Shown here in pieces: positions 30,219 through 38,555 of a stretch of 64,000 bases of DNA; within the stretch, counting starts at the first letter, position 1; each line of letters begins with the position of its first letter. Origin of the DNA: an uncultured Candidatus Saccharibacteria bacterium (GTDB lineage: Bacteria; Patescibacteriota; Minisyncoccia; Phycocordibacterales; PALSA-1337); the NCBI GenBank assembly GCA_964416985.1, contig CAYQFS010000001.1, positions 19,413 through 83,412 of the forward strand, in the 5' to 3' direction. The position numbers and the translations under genes were made by a program. The notes below the pieces were generated by a model, which saw nothing but the letters and a program-made list of their open reading frames with translations, did not search any database and was not told the DNA's origin.

Positions 30219-30729
30219 TTTTCTATAAAAGACAAAATAAAATTAGTTATCCACAGTTTTATCCATAAATGTCCTTTACATCTTTTTTCTTGTTGATAGA
30301 ATAAAGGACAGATCAGCTTTGAGACATGCATTGAACCGAGGAAGGATGCAACGAGGCAAAGTTCTTTGAACAAGTAGTGGGCAAATGGGTAGTTAATCAG
30401 TCTCTTTTTGAAGATTCAAAAAAGATGGAACAACCCTCTGCTAGCTTTGGCTTATGATAAAGGAGTTTCACAATCACAATTCATCATGCGCTCTCTAGCG
30501 CGACAATTTTTTAGTAACTTCCCTCTTATCACATTCCCTTAGTTGGCTTTGCAGGTCAGTTTCAGTTGTATCCTGTGGGATACCTTTGAAATGAACTTCA
30601 CAAATCAAAACCGCATAAAAGCGAGTAACAAATCCTAACCTTGTAACCCGCGTCTATGCGGTTTAATTGTACTCAAAATATAAAACCTATATTTTAAGCC
30701 ATATTTTAGCGTTTCACAAGAAACGTTTC

Positions 30730-32220
30730 TTATGAAACGTAGTGTTTTTTTCTTATTTCATCAATATCTCCCTTTTCCTCCTCCTCTCTCCTTTCTTTTC
30801 CCTTCTCACCGAGTTTCTTTAGCTCATTTTCAGGCATTTTCATAAGCTCAATAGCTTTTCCTTCAAGATATTCTGGGGTATTAAGCTTAGGATTATCAAG
30901 AACTTCCTCAAGAAGAGCGTGAAGAGTAAATCCTAGCTTTGGTCCAGGTGTTTCATGTGTAACTTCCATTATTCTTTGGCCATTTATCTTGAGCATGCTA
31001 ACAGAAACAGGATCCCGCAGCGCTTCTTCGATCATTGACTTGTATTTTCGGAGTCGATAAGGATTTTCTTTAGGCCTGCCTGTCCCTATACGGTCGCATA
31101 CGCGTATATTCATAAGGTCCCATATGTTTTCCTGTCCAACATTGTTTATCATCCTTCTGACGGCAGATAACGTGATCTCCTGAGTGTCAGAGAAGAACAT
31201 GTGCCAACGAATGAGTTTTGTTACCTTATCAACTGTCTTTTGAGGGAACTTGAACCTTTGAAGTATCTTCTTTGTTACACGTGAACCAACAACTTCATGG
31301 CCATAAAACGTAATTTGACCTGTTTCACGTGAAAGTCTCTTTGTTTCTGGCTTTGAAATATCGTGAAATAGGGCTGAAAGTCGTATATCAAGAGGCCACT
31401 TCTTGTCAGCTGCGTGTTGAACTGTCCTAAGAAGGTGCTCAAAAACGTCAAAAGCATGAGCTTGGTTCTGGCCAACTCCCTTTGCAACCGATAGTTCTGG
31501 AAGAATAATCTTCAAAATCCCAAGCTTCTCAAGCATTTCAAGGCCCTTCTTGGGTTCATTTGACATAAGTATTTTTATGAATTCATCCCGGATTCTCTCA
31601 GAGGAGATCTTCCCAAGAAGATGAGAATGGCTCTGTATAGCCTTTTCTGTATCAATGTTAATCGTGAAACCTAACTCAGTTGCAAGGCGAATAGCTCTCA
31701 ATATACGAAGCGCATCCTCACTAAATCTATCCTCTGCCTTGAGTACAGTCCTCACGACCTTGTCTTTTATGTCCTTAAATCCCCCATACAGGTCAATTAT
31801 GTCCTTTATTGCGCCCTTGGAAAGACTTACTGCGATAGCATTCATGGTGAAGTCACGACGCTTGAGATCGTCTTCAAGCTTAGTACTGAAACGTACCTCA
31901 TCCGGGTGACGGAAGTCGCTATACCCTGTCTCAAGTCGGTACGGGGTAACTTCTACAATCTTGAGCGTCTCATCTTCAGTCGACTCATTTACCACCCCCA
32001 CAGTTCCGAAAGTATTTTCATAAAAAGTTTTTGGAAAAAGAGCAATGATTTGTTCTGGGGTTGCATTTGTTGTGACATCCCAGTCCTTCGGAATTCTTCC
32101 AAGAAAAAGATCTCGAACGCACCCCCCAACAAGGTATGCTTCAAAGCCTCCCTTCTCGAGAGTTTCGACAACAGAGGCTATTTCTTGTGGAATTGATGTT
32201 TTTTTGCTCATTTCCTTCAT
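30730..32220 (-). CDS. cca: CCA-adding tRNA nucleotidyltransferase with HD domain
   Basis: 496 aa; GGCVRDLFLGRIPKDWDVTT polymerase-beta motif; HD-domain region. Confidence 0.85.
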   Translation of the reverse strand: MKEMSKKTSIPQEIASVVETLEKGGFEAYLVGGCVRDLFLGRIPKDWDVTTNATPEQIIALFPKTFYENTFGTVGVVNESTEDETLKIVEVTPYRLETGYSDFRHPDEVRFSTKLEDDLKRRDFTMNAIAVSLSKGAIKDIIDLYGGFKDIKDKVVRTVLKAEDRFSEDALRILRAIRLATELGFTINIDTEKAIQSHSHLLGKISSERIRDEFIKILMSNEPKKGLEMLEKLGILKIILPELSVAKGVGQNQAHAFDVFEHLLRTVQHAADKKWPLDIRLSALFHDISKPETKRLSRETGQITFYGHEVVGSRVTKKILQRFKFPQKTVDKVTKLIRWHMFFSDTQEITLSAVRRMINNVGQENIWDLMNIRVCDRIGTGRPKENPYRLRKYKSMIEEALRDPVSVSMLKINGQRIMEVTHETPGPKLGFTLHALLEEVLDNPKLNTPEYLEGKAIELMKMPENELKKLGEKGKERREEEEKGDIDEIRKKHYVS

Positions 32221-32277
32221 GAAAATGATTCTAGCACTTTACCTTTATTTTGCATAGTTATAAACAGTGATATACTA

Positions 32278-32868
32278 TTGTCAAATATGAATCAGACTAT
32301 TCAAGTAGGTCAAAAGGCCATCCAATTGAGAAGATTGGGATATTCATACACCGACATCTCTCGTGAGCTCAAGGTTTCGCGAGCCTCGGTTTGTAATTGG
32401 GTAAAAAATGTACGTCTCACTGAACACGAGAAACAAATTCTTCAAAAATCCATTGCAAACAAGATGAATAGGGCGAGAATGAAAGCTTCTATTTCTTTGC
32501 GTTCACGAACAGTCTTCAAAGAGAAGAGGGCGTTCGATGAAGCAGAAAGAGATTTTAAAAAGAACCTCAAAGATCCCTTATTTTCGACCGGACTAGCCCT
32601 TTACTGTGCAAAAAGTTCATTTTCTGGTGGAAATATTCAATTTACACACTCAAATCCTGCATTTATTCATATTTTTCTCACCTGGATGCAAAAATATCTC
32701 CAAATATCTGAGGAAAACGTGAAGAAAATTTTTTCTAAAAATGTCTCCGAAAAAGCCAAAATAACCAATCAAAATAAGGGTTCTATGACTATTATCGTAA
32801 GTAATATACGAGCAATGCGTACTCTAATCGCTTGGCAAAAGTTACTTATACAGTATTATAGAGGGTAA
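32278..32868 (+). CDS. HTH-domain hypothetical protein next to tRNA cluster
   Basis: 196 aa; N-terminal HTH LGYSYTDISRELKVSRASVCNWVK; possibly mobile-element remnant. Confidence 0.4.
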   Translation: MSNMNQTIQVGQKAIQLRRLGYSYTDISRELKVSRASVCNWVKNVRLTEHEKQILQKSIANKMNRARMKASISLRSRTVFKEKRAFDEAERDFKKNLKDPLFSTGLALYCAKSSFSGGNIQFTHSNPAFIHIFLTWMQKYLQISEENVKKIFSKNVSEKAKITNQNKGSMTIIVSNIRAMRTLIAWQKLLIQYYRG

Positions 32869-32943
32869 GCGCCCGTAGTGAAATGGATATCATACCGGTC
32901 TTCGGAACCGTTGTTGGGGGTTCGAATCCCTCCGGGCGCACCA
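32869..32943 (+). tRNA. tRNA-Arg (anticodon TCG), CCA encoded
   Basis: Cloverleaf by hand: acceptor GCGCCCG/CGGGCGC, D-stem GTGA/TCAT, anticodon loop CTTCGGA, T-loop TTCGAAT; one mismatch at base of anticodon stem. Confidence 0.7.
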
Positions 32944-32944
32944 T

Positions 32945-33015
32945 GCGGGTATGGTTTAGTGGTAGAATGCGTCCTTGCCAAGGACGAGACGGGAGTTCGA
33001 TTCTCCCTACCCGCA
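32945..33015 (+). tRNA. tRNA-Gly (anticodon GCC)
   Basis: Acceptor GCGGGTA/TACCCGC, anticodon arm CGTCC-TTGCCAA-GGACG, T-loop TTCGATT; 71 nt. Confidence 0.85.
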
Positions 33016-33115
33016 CAGCGACACAATTGAGAGACATTCTGTGGAAAATTGTGGATAACTCTGTGGACAGTGTTTATAAGAGACAAAATATATGGCCTAT
33101 ATGCGTCTTTAATAT

Positions 33116-33502
33116 GTGTTTCACGTGAAAATACTAACTACTAAAGAAAGGGGAGATATTGGAGAAAAAATTGCTTCTGAATGGCTAAGTAACAAGGGTT
33201 TTCTTGTTATTGAAAGAAATTATAGGAAGAAGTGGGGAGAGATTGATATTGTAGCCGCCAAGGACAAAATCATTCATTTTATTGAGGTTAAGAGCGTATC
33301 TGGTGGGGGAGGTGGGGGATACAGACCAGAAGACAATGTCCATGAAATAAAGCAAAAACGTCTTAGAAGGACCATTCAGACCTTCCTTGCTGAAAGGAAA
33401 TACTCCTCTGAAGCTGTGTTTCAGTTTCATATCATGGCCATTTACATGGATGATGAGACGAGAAAGGCTCGGGTGGAATTCGTGGAGAATATTATTCTCT
33501 AA
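33116..33502 (+). CDS. YraN/UPF0102-family endonuclease-like protein
   Basis: 128 aa; GEKIASEWLSNKGFLVIERNYR...GEIDIVA...IHFIEVK pattern. Confidence 0.75.
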   Translation: MFHVKILTTKERGDIGEKIASEWLSNKGFLVIERNYRKKWGEIDIVAAKDKIIHFIEVKSVSGGGGGGYRPEDNVHEIKQKRLRRTIQTFLAERKYSSEAVFQFHIMAIYMDDETRKARVEFVENIIL

Positions 33503-33549
33503 GAAATTATGGAGTTTTGAAGGTCTGTATGCTAGTATGGTGAAGTTAT

Positions 33550-33625
33550 CGGAGCGTGGTGTAACGGCTAACATTCCTGTTTTGGGAACAGGCGACTCCG
33601 GGTTCGAATCCCGGCGCTCCGACCA
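33550..33625 (+). tRNA. tRNA-Pro (anticodon TGG), CCA encoded
   Basis: Acceptor CGGAGCG/CGCTCCG, anticodon arm CCTGT-TTTGGGA-ACAGG, T-loop TTCGAAT. Confidence 0.85.
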
Positions 33626-33645
33626 TTTTTGAGTTTTTTAACAAA

Positions 33646-35008
33646 TATGAAGATAAACAAATCACCTTGGATACATCAGCTCGACGAAACAAGGAAGCCC
33701 GTTTCTCTGACTCAGGACATCGATACTGATATCGCAATCGTTGGTGCAGGGATCGCTGGTGTTTCAACGGCTTTTTTCATTCTCAAGTATACAAATAAGA
33801 AAGTTGTTATTATTGAAAAGGGTAAATTGGCTCACGGTGCAACTGGTCATAACGCAGGGCAGGTTGTGGCATGTTTTGAGAGACCTTTGGAGGATATGGT
33901 TAAAGAATTTGGTTTTGAAAAAGTTAAAAAAGCTCTCCACGATCTCCATTCCGGCTGGATATTGATTGATGAGATGTATCATGATGCGCGCCTCAAGATT
34001 CTTTTCTCAAGAATAGATGGAGCTCACGGATTATCAGATCTTCATCAAGTTATTTCTGCTTTGAGCGATCTTGAAATTGAAGTTCTTTCAGGTCTGCACA
34101 AGGATGATTTTCTAATACATGAGAATGCTCCTTTTATCAATTCAATACCGAATAATCTGAAGCATCTCTATAGAACTGTTCCGCACAAGGAAATTTTGGA
34201 AAGGCTTGAGACTGATGATACTGAATTTCAGGCCGTGATGGTTGACCGAAGAGCGTGTATGAACTCAGCTCTCTTCTGTCAGGAGATAGTCTCATATCTC
34301 CTTAAAAAATACGAGACACGTTTTTCAATATACGAAAACACAACCATAAAAAAAGTTATTTTGAGAAAGACTCATGCGCTGCTTGATGCGGATAAACATA
34401 CTATCGGAGCAGAAAGGGTAGTTCTCTGTACGAATGGGTTCGAGAATTTTGATATTTTTAATGAAGACGGTCTTGCTGTTGATAAGAAATTTCATCACTT
34501 AATAGAAGGGAAAGTAGGATACATGTCGGGGTATCTTGAAAATCTAAATAAAAAAGCGGCAGCGATTTCGTATTTTACAAGTGATTTTGATCCATCAAGC
34601 AGTGATCCATACTACTATCTCACCCGAAGACCTCATGAGTTAGGTGACAAAAAACATAATCTTGTCTGTGTCGGTGGCCCAGAACTTGGTATTGATGATA
34701 GGGGAGAGTATTTATACGATTATGACTATCCTGAAAAAATGCACCAAGATATTGATGCTTTCATCAAGAAAGTTTATGACACCGATCCAGAAAAAAAGAT
34801 CGACTACCAATTCACCTGGCATGGCCTCATGGGCTACACACCGAACCGTGTCCGCCTCATTGGGGAAGAGCCTAAGAACCGCGTGCTCCTTTACAACCTT
34901 GGCTGTAATGGCATCGGCATTATTCCTTCTGTTTTTGGCGGAAGGAAGATCTCGAGGATTATAGGAGGGGAGAATATGAAAGAATCCATCTTTGACCCGA
35001 AGAGCTAG
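33646..35008 (+). CDS. FAD-dependent oxidoreductase (DAO family)
   Basis: Rossmann dinucleotide motif DIAIVGAGIAGVSTA; start moved to ATG 33646 (ORF-track TTG 33629 abuts tRNA-Pro). Confidence 0.75.
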
Positions 35009-35051
35009 CAAAAAATATTATTTCTGGTAGTATGGTTCTACAACTGAATAT

Positions 35052-35125
35052 GCGGGACTAGTTTATCGGTAAAATAACAGTTTTCCAAACTGTGGTGGGG
35101 GGTTCGACTCCCCCGTCCCGCACCA
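35052..35125 (+). tRNA. tRNA-Gly (anticodon TCC), CCA encoded
   Basis: Acceptor GCGGGAC/GTCCCGC, anticodon arm ACAGT-TTTCCAA-ACTGT, T-loop TTCGACT. Confidence 0.8.
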
Positions 35126-35673
35126 TGAAAAAGCTTCTTGTCTCACTCGGGATTCTTGTAGGTATCATTGCAGTAGCTTGTCTCGTTTCTTTTCTCACAG
35201 AAAATCGCTCAGTAAAAAACAATATTCCTTCAGTAGTTGAAAATACAAATTCCTTTTCTGATCCTATGAATGGTACATACACCATCGATGGTGAAAAAAT
35301 TACATTGAAAAATGGTGTCGCCGCAAACGCTCGACTTTTTGGAATTCCGACAAGCGGAGATATAAGTCAAGATGGCCTACATGATTCAATTTTCTTTATT
35401 TCGATTAATAATGGGGGATCGGGAACATTTTTCTATGTTGTGGCAGCTTTGCAAAAAGATGGATCTTACATTGGGACAAATGCTATTTTTCTCGGTGATA
35501 GAATTTCTCCTCAGAACATTACTATTTCAGATGGGGAAGCGGCTGTAAATTATGTAATACGAAGAGATATTGATCCGATGACGGCAGCTCCTTCGGTGGG
35601 GGTGACGAAGTATCTCATTATCAAAGACGGTGAATTAGTAGAATATAACAGGATTGAGGAGGATTTGAAATAA
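35125..35673 (+). CDS. membrane-anchored/secreted hypothetical protein
   Basis: Start ATG overlaps last base of tRNA-Gly; MKKLLVSLGILVGIIAVACLVSF signal/TM. Confidence 0.5.
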   Translation: MKKLLVSLGILVGIIAVACLVSFLTENRSVKNNIPSVVENTNSFSDPMNGTYTIDGEKITLKNGVAANARLFGIPTSGDISQDGLHDSIFFISINNGGSGTFFYVVAALQKDGSYIGTNAIFLGDRISPQNITISDGEAAVNYVIRRDIDPMTAAPSVGVTKYLIIKDGELVEYNRIEEDLK

Positions 35674-35676
35674 TAA

Positions 35677-35706
35677 CAAAAAATCACCCTACGGTGACGT
35701 TTTTGT
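35677..35706. terminator. bidirectional rho-independent terminator (A-run, CACCCTAcGGTGA hairpin, T-run)
   Basis: aaaaaatCACCctacGGTGAcgtttttgtt between convergent genes. Confidence 0.6.
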
Positions 35707-35708
35707 TG

Positions 35709-36464
35709 CTAGTCATGATTCCAAATATAATCGAACATTATTCTAAAGGTCTCAGAGATGTATTTACTTTCTATTACGATTGTTAAAATCGTTTCCTTAA
35801 AATTTGTGATAGACACTTTATCCCCATAAATAATTATCTGAGCCGGAATATTTAATTTTTCCGTGGGAACCTTTTTTCTAGTGATGAGATATTTTTCATC
35901 TTCCTCTATCGGGGTTGCGACTGACTGAATATCTGAATGAGGGGCAATAGCCTTTGTCCGGATATTTTGTGCAACTTGTTTTTCTATCTGTTCCTTTATT
36001 AAATGAAGAATTTCCTGGCGACCCTCTTTTATCGGAGAGCTCATTACTAAAATATCCTGACCTATTTCGAGGATTTCACTGTGTACTTTTTCTACACCCC
36101 CTACTCCTTCGTAGAACTGAATATTTGGTTTACCAAACAATGCATTAAATTCTGATGATAAACTACCGAATATCGTATTGAAATCCGAAAAGGCATGATT
36201 GAGACTTTGTTTCTTCACCTCGACCATGTTCTTGATATTTCTAGGGTGTTTAGGCAAGAAAAGGGCTATTTTCCCGATATCCTCCCGTTTTTCTATTAGA
36301 TCTAGGTCTATAAGTTGGTCGATAATCTTATAGGTAAGTGCTCTGCCAATTCCTGTTTTTGATGAAATAGACTTTGCTGAAGAGAAGCCATTGCTTAAAA
36401 GATGGACATATATTTTTGCTTGATCAAGGCTCAGTCCACAGTCTACTAGTATTTTTTCATTCAT
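35709..36464 (-). CDS. TrmB-family HTH transcriptional regulator
   Basis: 251 aa; N-terminal winged HTH LSLDQAKIYVHLLSNGFSSAKSISSKTGIGRALTYKIIDQLIDLDLIEK. Confidence 0.6.
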   Translation of the reverse strand: MNEKILVDCGLSLDQAKIYVHLLSNGFSSAKSISSKTGIGRALTYKIIDQLIDLDLIEKREDIGKIALFLPKHPRNIKNMVEVKKQSLNHAFSDFNTIFGSLSSEFNALFGKPNIQFYEGVGGVEKVHSEILEIGQDILVMSSPIKEGRQEILHLIKEQIEKQVAQNIRTKAIAPHSDIQSVATPIEEDEKYLITRKKVPTEKLNIPAQIIIYGDKVSITNFKETILTIVIESKYISETFRIMFDYIWNHD

Positions 36465-36563
36465 TTTGTTACAAGATTATGACAATAATAGGCTTATTTA
36501 ATAAGGATACTACAAAATTCGTTATATTACAAGGATTTATGTTGGTAGAAAAGGTACAATAGA

Positions 36564-36591
36564 TTGACAAATCTATTTAATATGCTATGAT
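36564..36591 (+). promoter_or_regulatory. consensus sigma70 promoter driving the GC-rich island operon
   Basis: TTGACA (36564-36569), 16-nt spacer, TATGAT (36586-36591); a second TTGACA at 36592. Confidence 0.5.
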
Positions 36592-36656
36592 TGACATCAG
36601 AACGATAGATATGGGATGCATAACGCACCGCTATTGTTGTCAGAAAGACTTGACCT

Positions 36657-36974
36657 ATGAAAATTCTTAACTCGTTTTCTCTCAACATGCTCCAAAACCT
36701 TGACGGTGAGGTCACTCACAAAGTGATCCCCCTTGAAGAGGCCAAGGAATGGGCCCGGGTTGGTGTCCTTGAATCCACCGTTGGTCATGCCGACACAGCT
36801 GCGATCTTTGGATCGCAACTAGACTTGGATGTTCCTGCGGTTCGGAGTACCATCTCTTTATCGAAAGGAGATATGGTACTGGTAGGTCAATACCGCGGAC
36901 CACGGTTGGCTGAGGGGGCGAAGACGCTTCCTGATGGAGCGGGTATTGTCTGGATCTTGCTTACGGTTAAGTAA
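36657..36974 (+). CDS. DUF1874 (STIV B116 / AcrIII-1 / Crn2-like) cyclic tetra-adenylate ring nuclease
   Basis: 105 aa; N-terminal LNSFSLNML, GH motif ESTVGHADTAAIFGSQLD, C-terminal RSTISLSKGDMVLVGQYRGPRLAEGAK (R..I.L..D..V.Q..RL.EG pattern), recalled from DUF1874/AcrIII-1 family members; 55-60% GC vs ~40% host. Confidence 0.65.
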   Translation: MKILNSFSLNMLQNLDGEVTHKVIPLEEAKEWARVGVLESTVGHADTAAIFGSQLDLDVPAVRSTISLSKGDMVLVGQYRGPRLAEGAKTLPDGAGIVWILLTVK

Positions 36975-37029
36975 GTGGGACAGGTCGAAAACCTGAACAA
37001 AAATTTCCTCTGCGCGTTGAGTGAACGCG

Positions 37030-37082
37030 CTGCTTCTCGGAATGTGTATTCCGACTGATGAGTCCGAAAGGACGAAAAGCAG
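37030..37082 (+). ncRNA. hammerhead self-cleaving ribozyme (type III, open helix III)
   Basis: Helix III CUGCUU/AAGCAG; cleavage UC at 37035-37036; helix I UCGGAAU-GUGU-AUUCCGA; core CUGAUGA; helix II GUCC-GAAA-GGAC; core GAAA; every conserved core nucleotide present. Confidence 0.75.
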
Positions 37083-37264
37083 AAGTTCTTTAAATACAAT
37101 TTGGCAGATGAAGTGTTTGAATGCAGATTTAAATATCTATCACACACTCCATCTGCTAAATGAGCTACATAAAAGCGACCTCAACGAGGAGTACAGACGA
37201 TTAAAACAGGGTTTATGAAAATAAACTTTGGTCGTCATGTTGCATCAATAGATGGGATTCAGTT

Positions 37265-37810
37265 ATGACAAATATTGTTGAAAAAATTCTCTCGGTAAGG
37301 GTGATGCTCGTGTCTGGTTTAATCATCGGAGTTCTCTGTGCCTTAACAGGTGCGTGGAATTATGTTGAACCAATGACCGGTATCGCAACCCTTGCGGTCG
37401 CAGGAGCTGTCTGGTTCCAGACCCGTAAGGCAGCCAAGGCTGTCTACGCCGATAACGGAGACGGTAGCTGGGTGGTCGCTCTCGAGGTTGGACGACCGGT
37501 GTCCGAAGCTGTCAAAAAACAGTTCGGGCAACTCGACTGTTTCATCAAGTGTGAGGAAATCATCAAGGGGCACACTCTGGTGCTTCCTGAACACTATGAA
37601 GCTCTGACGAAAGCAGTTTACGCTGCTGTCTGTCAGGGTCAGGGGAAGAATATTCACCTGATCATGTCGGGACCGATTGCCTTGTCAGTTTTGGTTGGAC
37701 AGCTCATCGGTCTTATGCACTTCCAGATCACGGTGTATCAATACACGCCGTCGTCAGGAACGTATGAGGCGATGCCAAGGCCGACTCGAGATTGGCTCGA
37801 GCATCGTTGA
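37265..37810 (+). CDS. 2-TM membrane protein with C-terminal Rossmann-like alpha/beta domain (candidate nucleotide-binding effector)
   Basis: 181 aa; TM1 VMLVSGLIIGVLCALTGAW, TM2 MTGIATLAVAGAVWF; beta-alpha-beta pattern SWVVALEV / NIHLIMSGPIALSVLVGQLIG / HFQITVYQY; GC ~55%. Confidence 0.5.
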   Translation: MTNIVEKILSVRVMLVSGLIIGVLCALTGAWNYVEPMTGIATLAVAGAVWFQTRKAAKAVYADNGDGSWVVALEVGRPVSEAVKKQFGQLDCFIKCEEIIKGHTLVLPEHYEALTKAVYAAVCQGQGKNIHLIMSGPIALSVLVGQLIGLMHFQITVYQYTPSSGTYEAMPRPTRDWLEHR

Positions 37811-38110
37811 AGGTTGCGAAGAGGGAATGGACATCAACATTCCCTCCCTTATCAGATTCAGCATCTTGGTATGATGAATCTGTAGGGGAAATAATGTTCT
37901 TTAGAATTTTATGAGATGGCCAGTTCCTGCTAGTGAGGAATTGGCAAAGGATCTACTCCGCAGCGTGATGAGCGATCATCAGCGTAAGGAGTGGTACAGA
38001 TCCATGTTCAAGGATTAGCCTACCCTTGAACACTTCATTGAGTCCACTGAGTGAAAGATTCTCGTGGGTTCATAGAGTAAGAGGAATTTTGAAAAAATAA
38101 AGGACACTTT

Positions 38111-38383
38111 ATGGAGGCAATGGTTTTAAGCATTCCTGCTAAGGGTGCTGAAATTCAGGAAATCAAAGGGGTTAAGTACCTCGTTGCTAGACTGGATGAG
38201 CAGAAAACCTGCATGGAGTATGCCGCCGAGCTAAGGAAAGGAAAACCTGTTGTGATTCCCGCATCAAAACGCGGACACTTAACAGGAATTCTAAAGAAGG
38301 AATCTATTTTCACCACGCATTCTACTGCCCCTGGTGGACAATGGGTAACCTTCGTTCCTTGCGAAAAGCGCGATTTCAAGTAG
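38111..38383 (+). CDS. hypothetical 90-aa protein, last gene of island
   Basis: ORF with no recognisable motif; GC-rich like neighbours. Confidence 0.35.
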   Translation: MEAMVLSIPAKGAEIQEIKGVKYLVARLDEQKTCMEYAAELRKGKPVVIPASKRGHLTGILKKESIFTTHSTAPGGQWVTFVPCEKRDFK

Positions 38384-38467
38384 TGACTGCCAAAGGATCA
38401 CTCTAACCTTTGAATTAGAAGAGTGTAGTTGTCACCGTACAAAAATGGTGAGATGGCTGCAGGCTAC

Positions 38468-38495
38468 CGTGCGAAAGTGCGGTTTTGTTTTGTCC
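38468..38495 (+). terminator. rho-independent terminator of island operon
   Basis: ccgtgcGAAAgtgcgg hairpin followed by ttttgttttg. Confidence 0.5.
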
Positions 38496-38502
38496 AAAAA
38501 CA

Positions 38503-38530
38503 AAAAACCACCCTAAGGTGGTCTTTTGTT
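38503..38530 (-). terminator. rho-independent terminator of hup (near-identical to 35677-35706 element)
   Basis: aaaaaacCACCctaaGGTGGtcttttgttt; on - strand hairpin followed by TTTTTTGTTTTTGG. Confidence 0.6.
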
Positions 38531-38555
38531 TAATAAGATCTCGATCGAGAGTTTA

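Noticed and set aside
30400-30740. Possible SRP RNA / RNase P RNA / tmRNA in the 500-bp gene-free interval
   Set aside because: There is a partial CAGGUCAG match to SRP domain IV but no GGAA tetraloop or AGCAGCC. There is no GGAAAGUCC or ACAGAAxCCGGCUUA (RNase P) and no tRNA-like 3' end (tmRNA). It is reported only as a possible unclassified ncRNA and terminator.
32846-33128. Three overlapping ORFs (63, 76, 81 aa) on both strands
   Set aside because: They cover tRNA-Arg and tRNA-Gly genes and are artefacts of GC-rich tRNA sequence.
37021-37218. 65-aa + ORF
   Set aside because: It spans the hammerhead ribozyme and hairpins of the intergenic spacer, has no RBS and is not plausible as coding.
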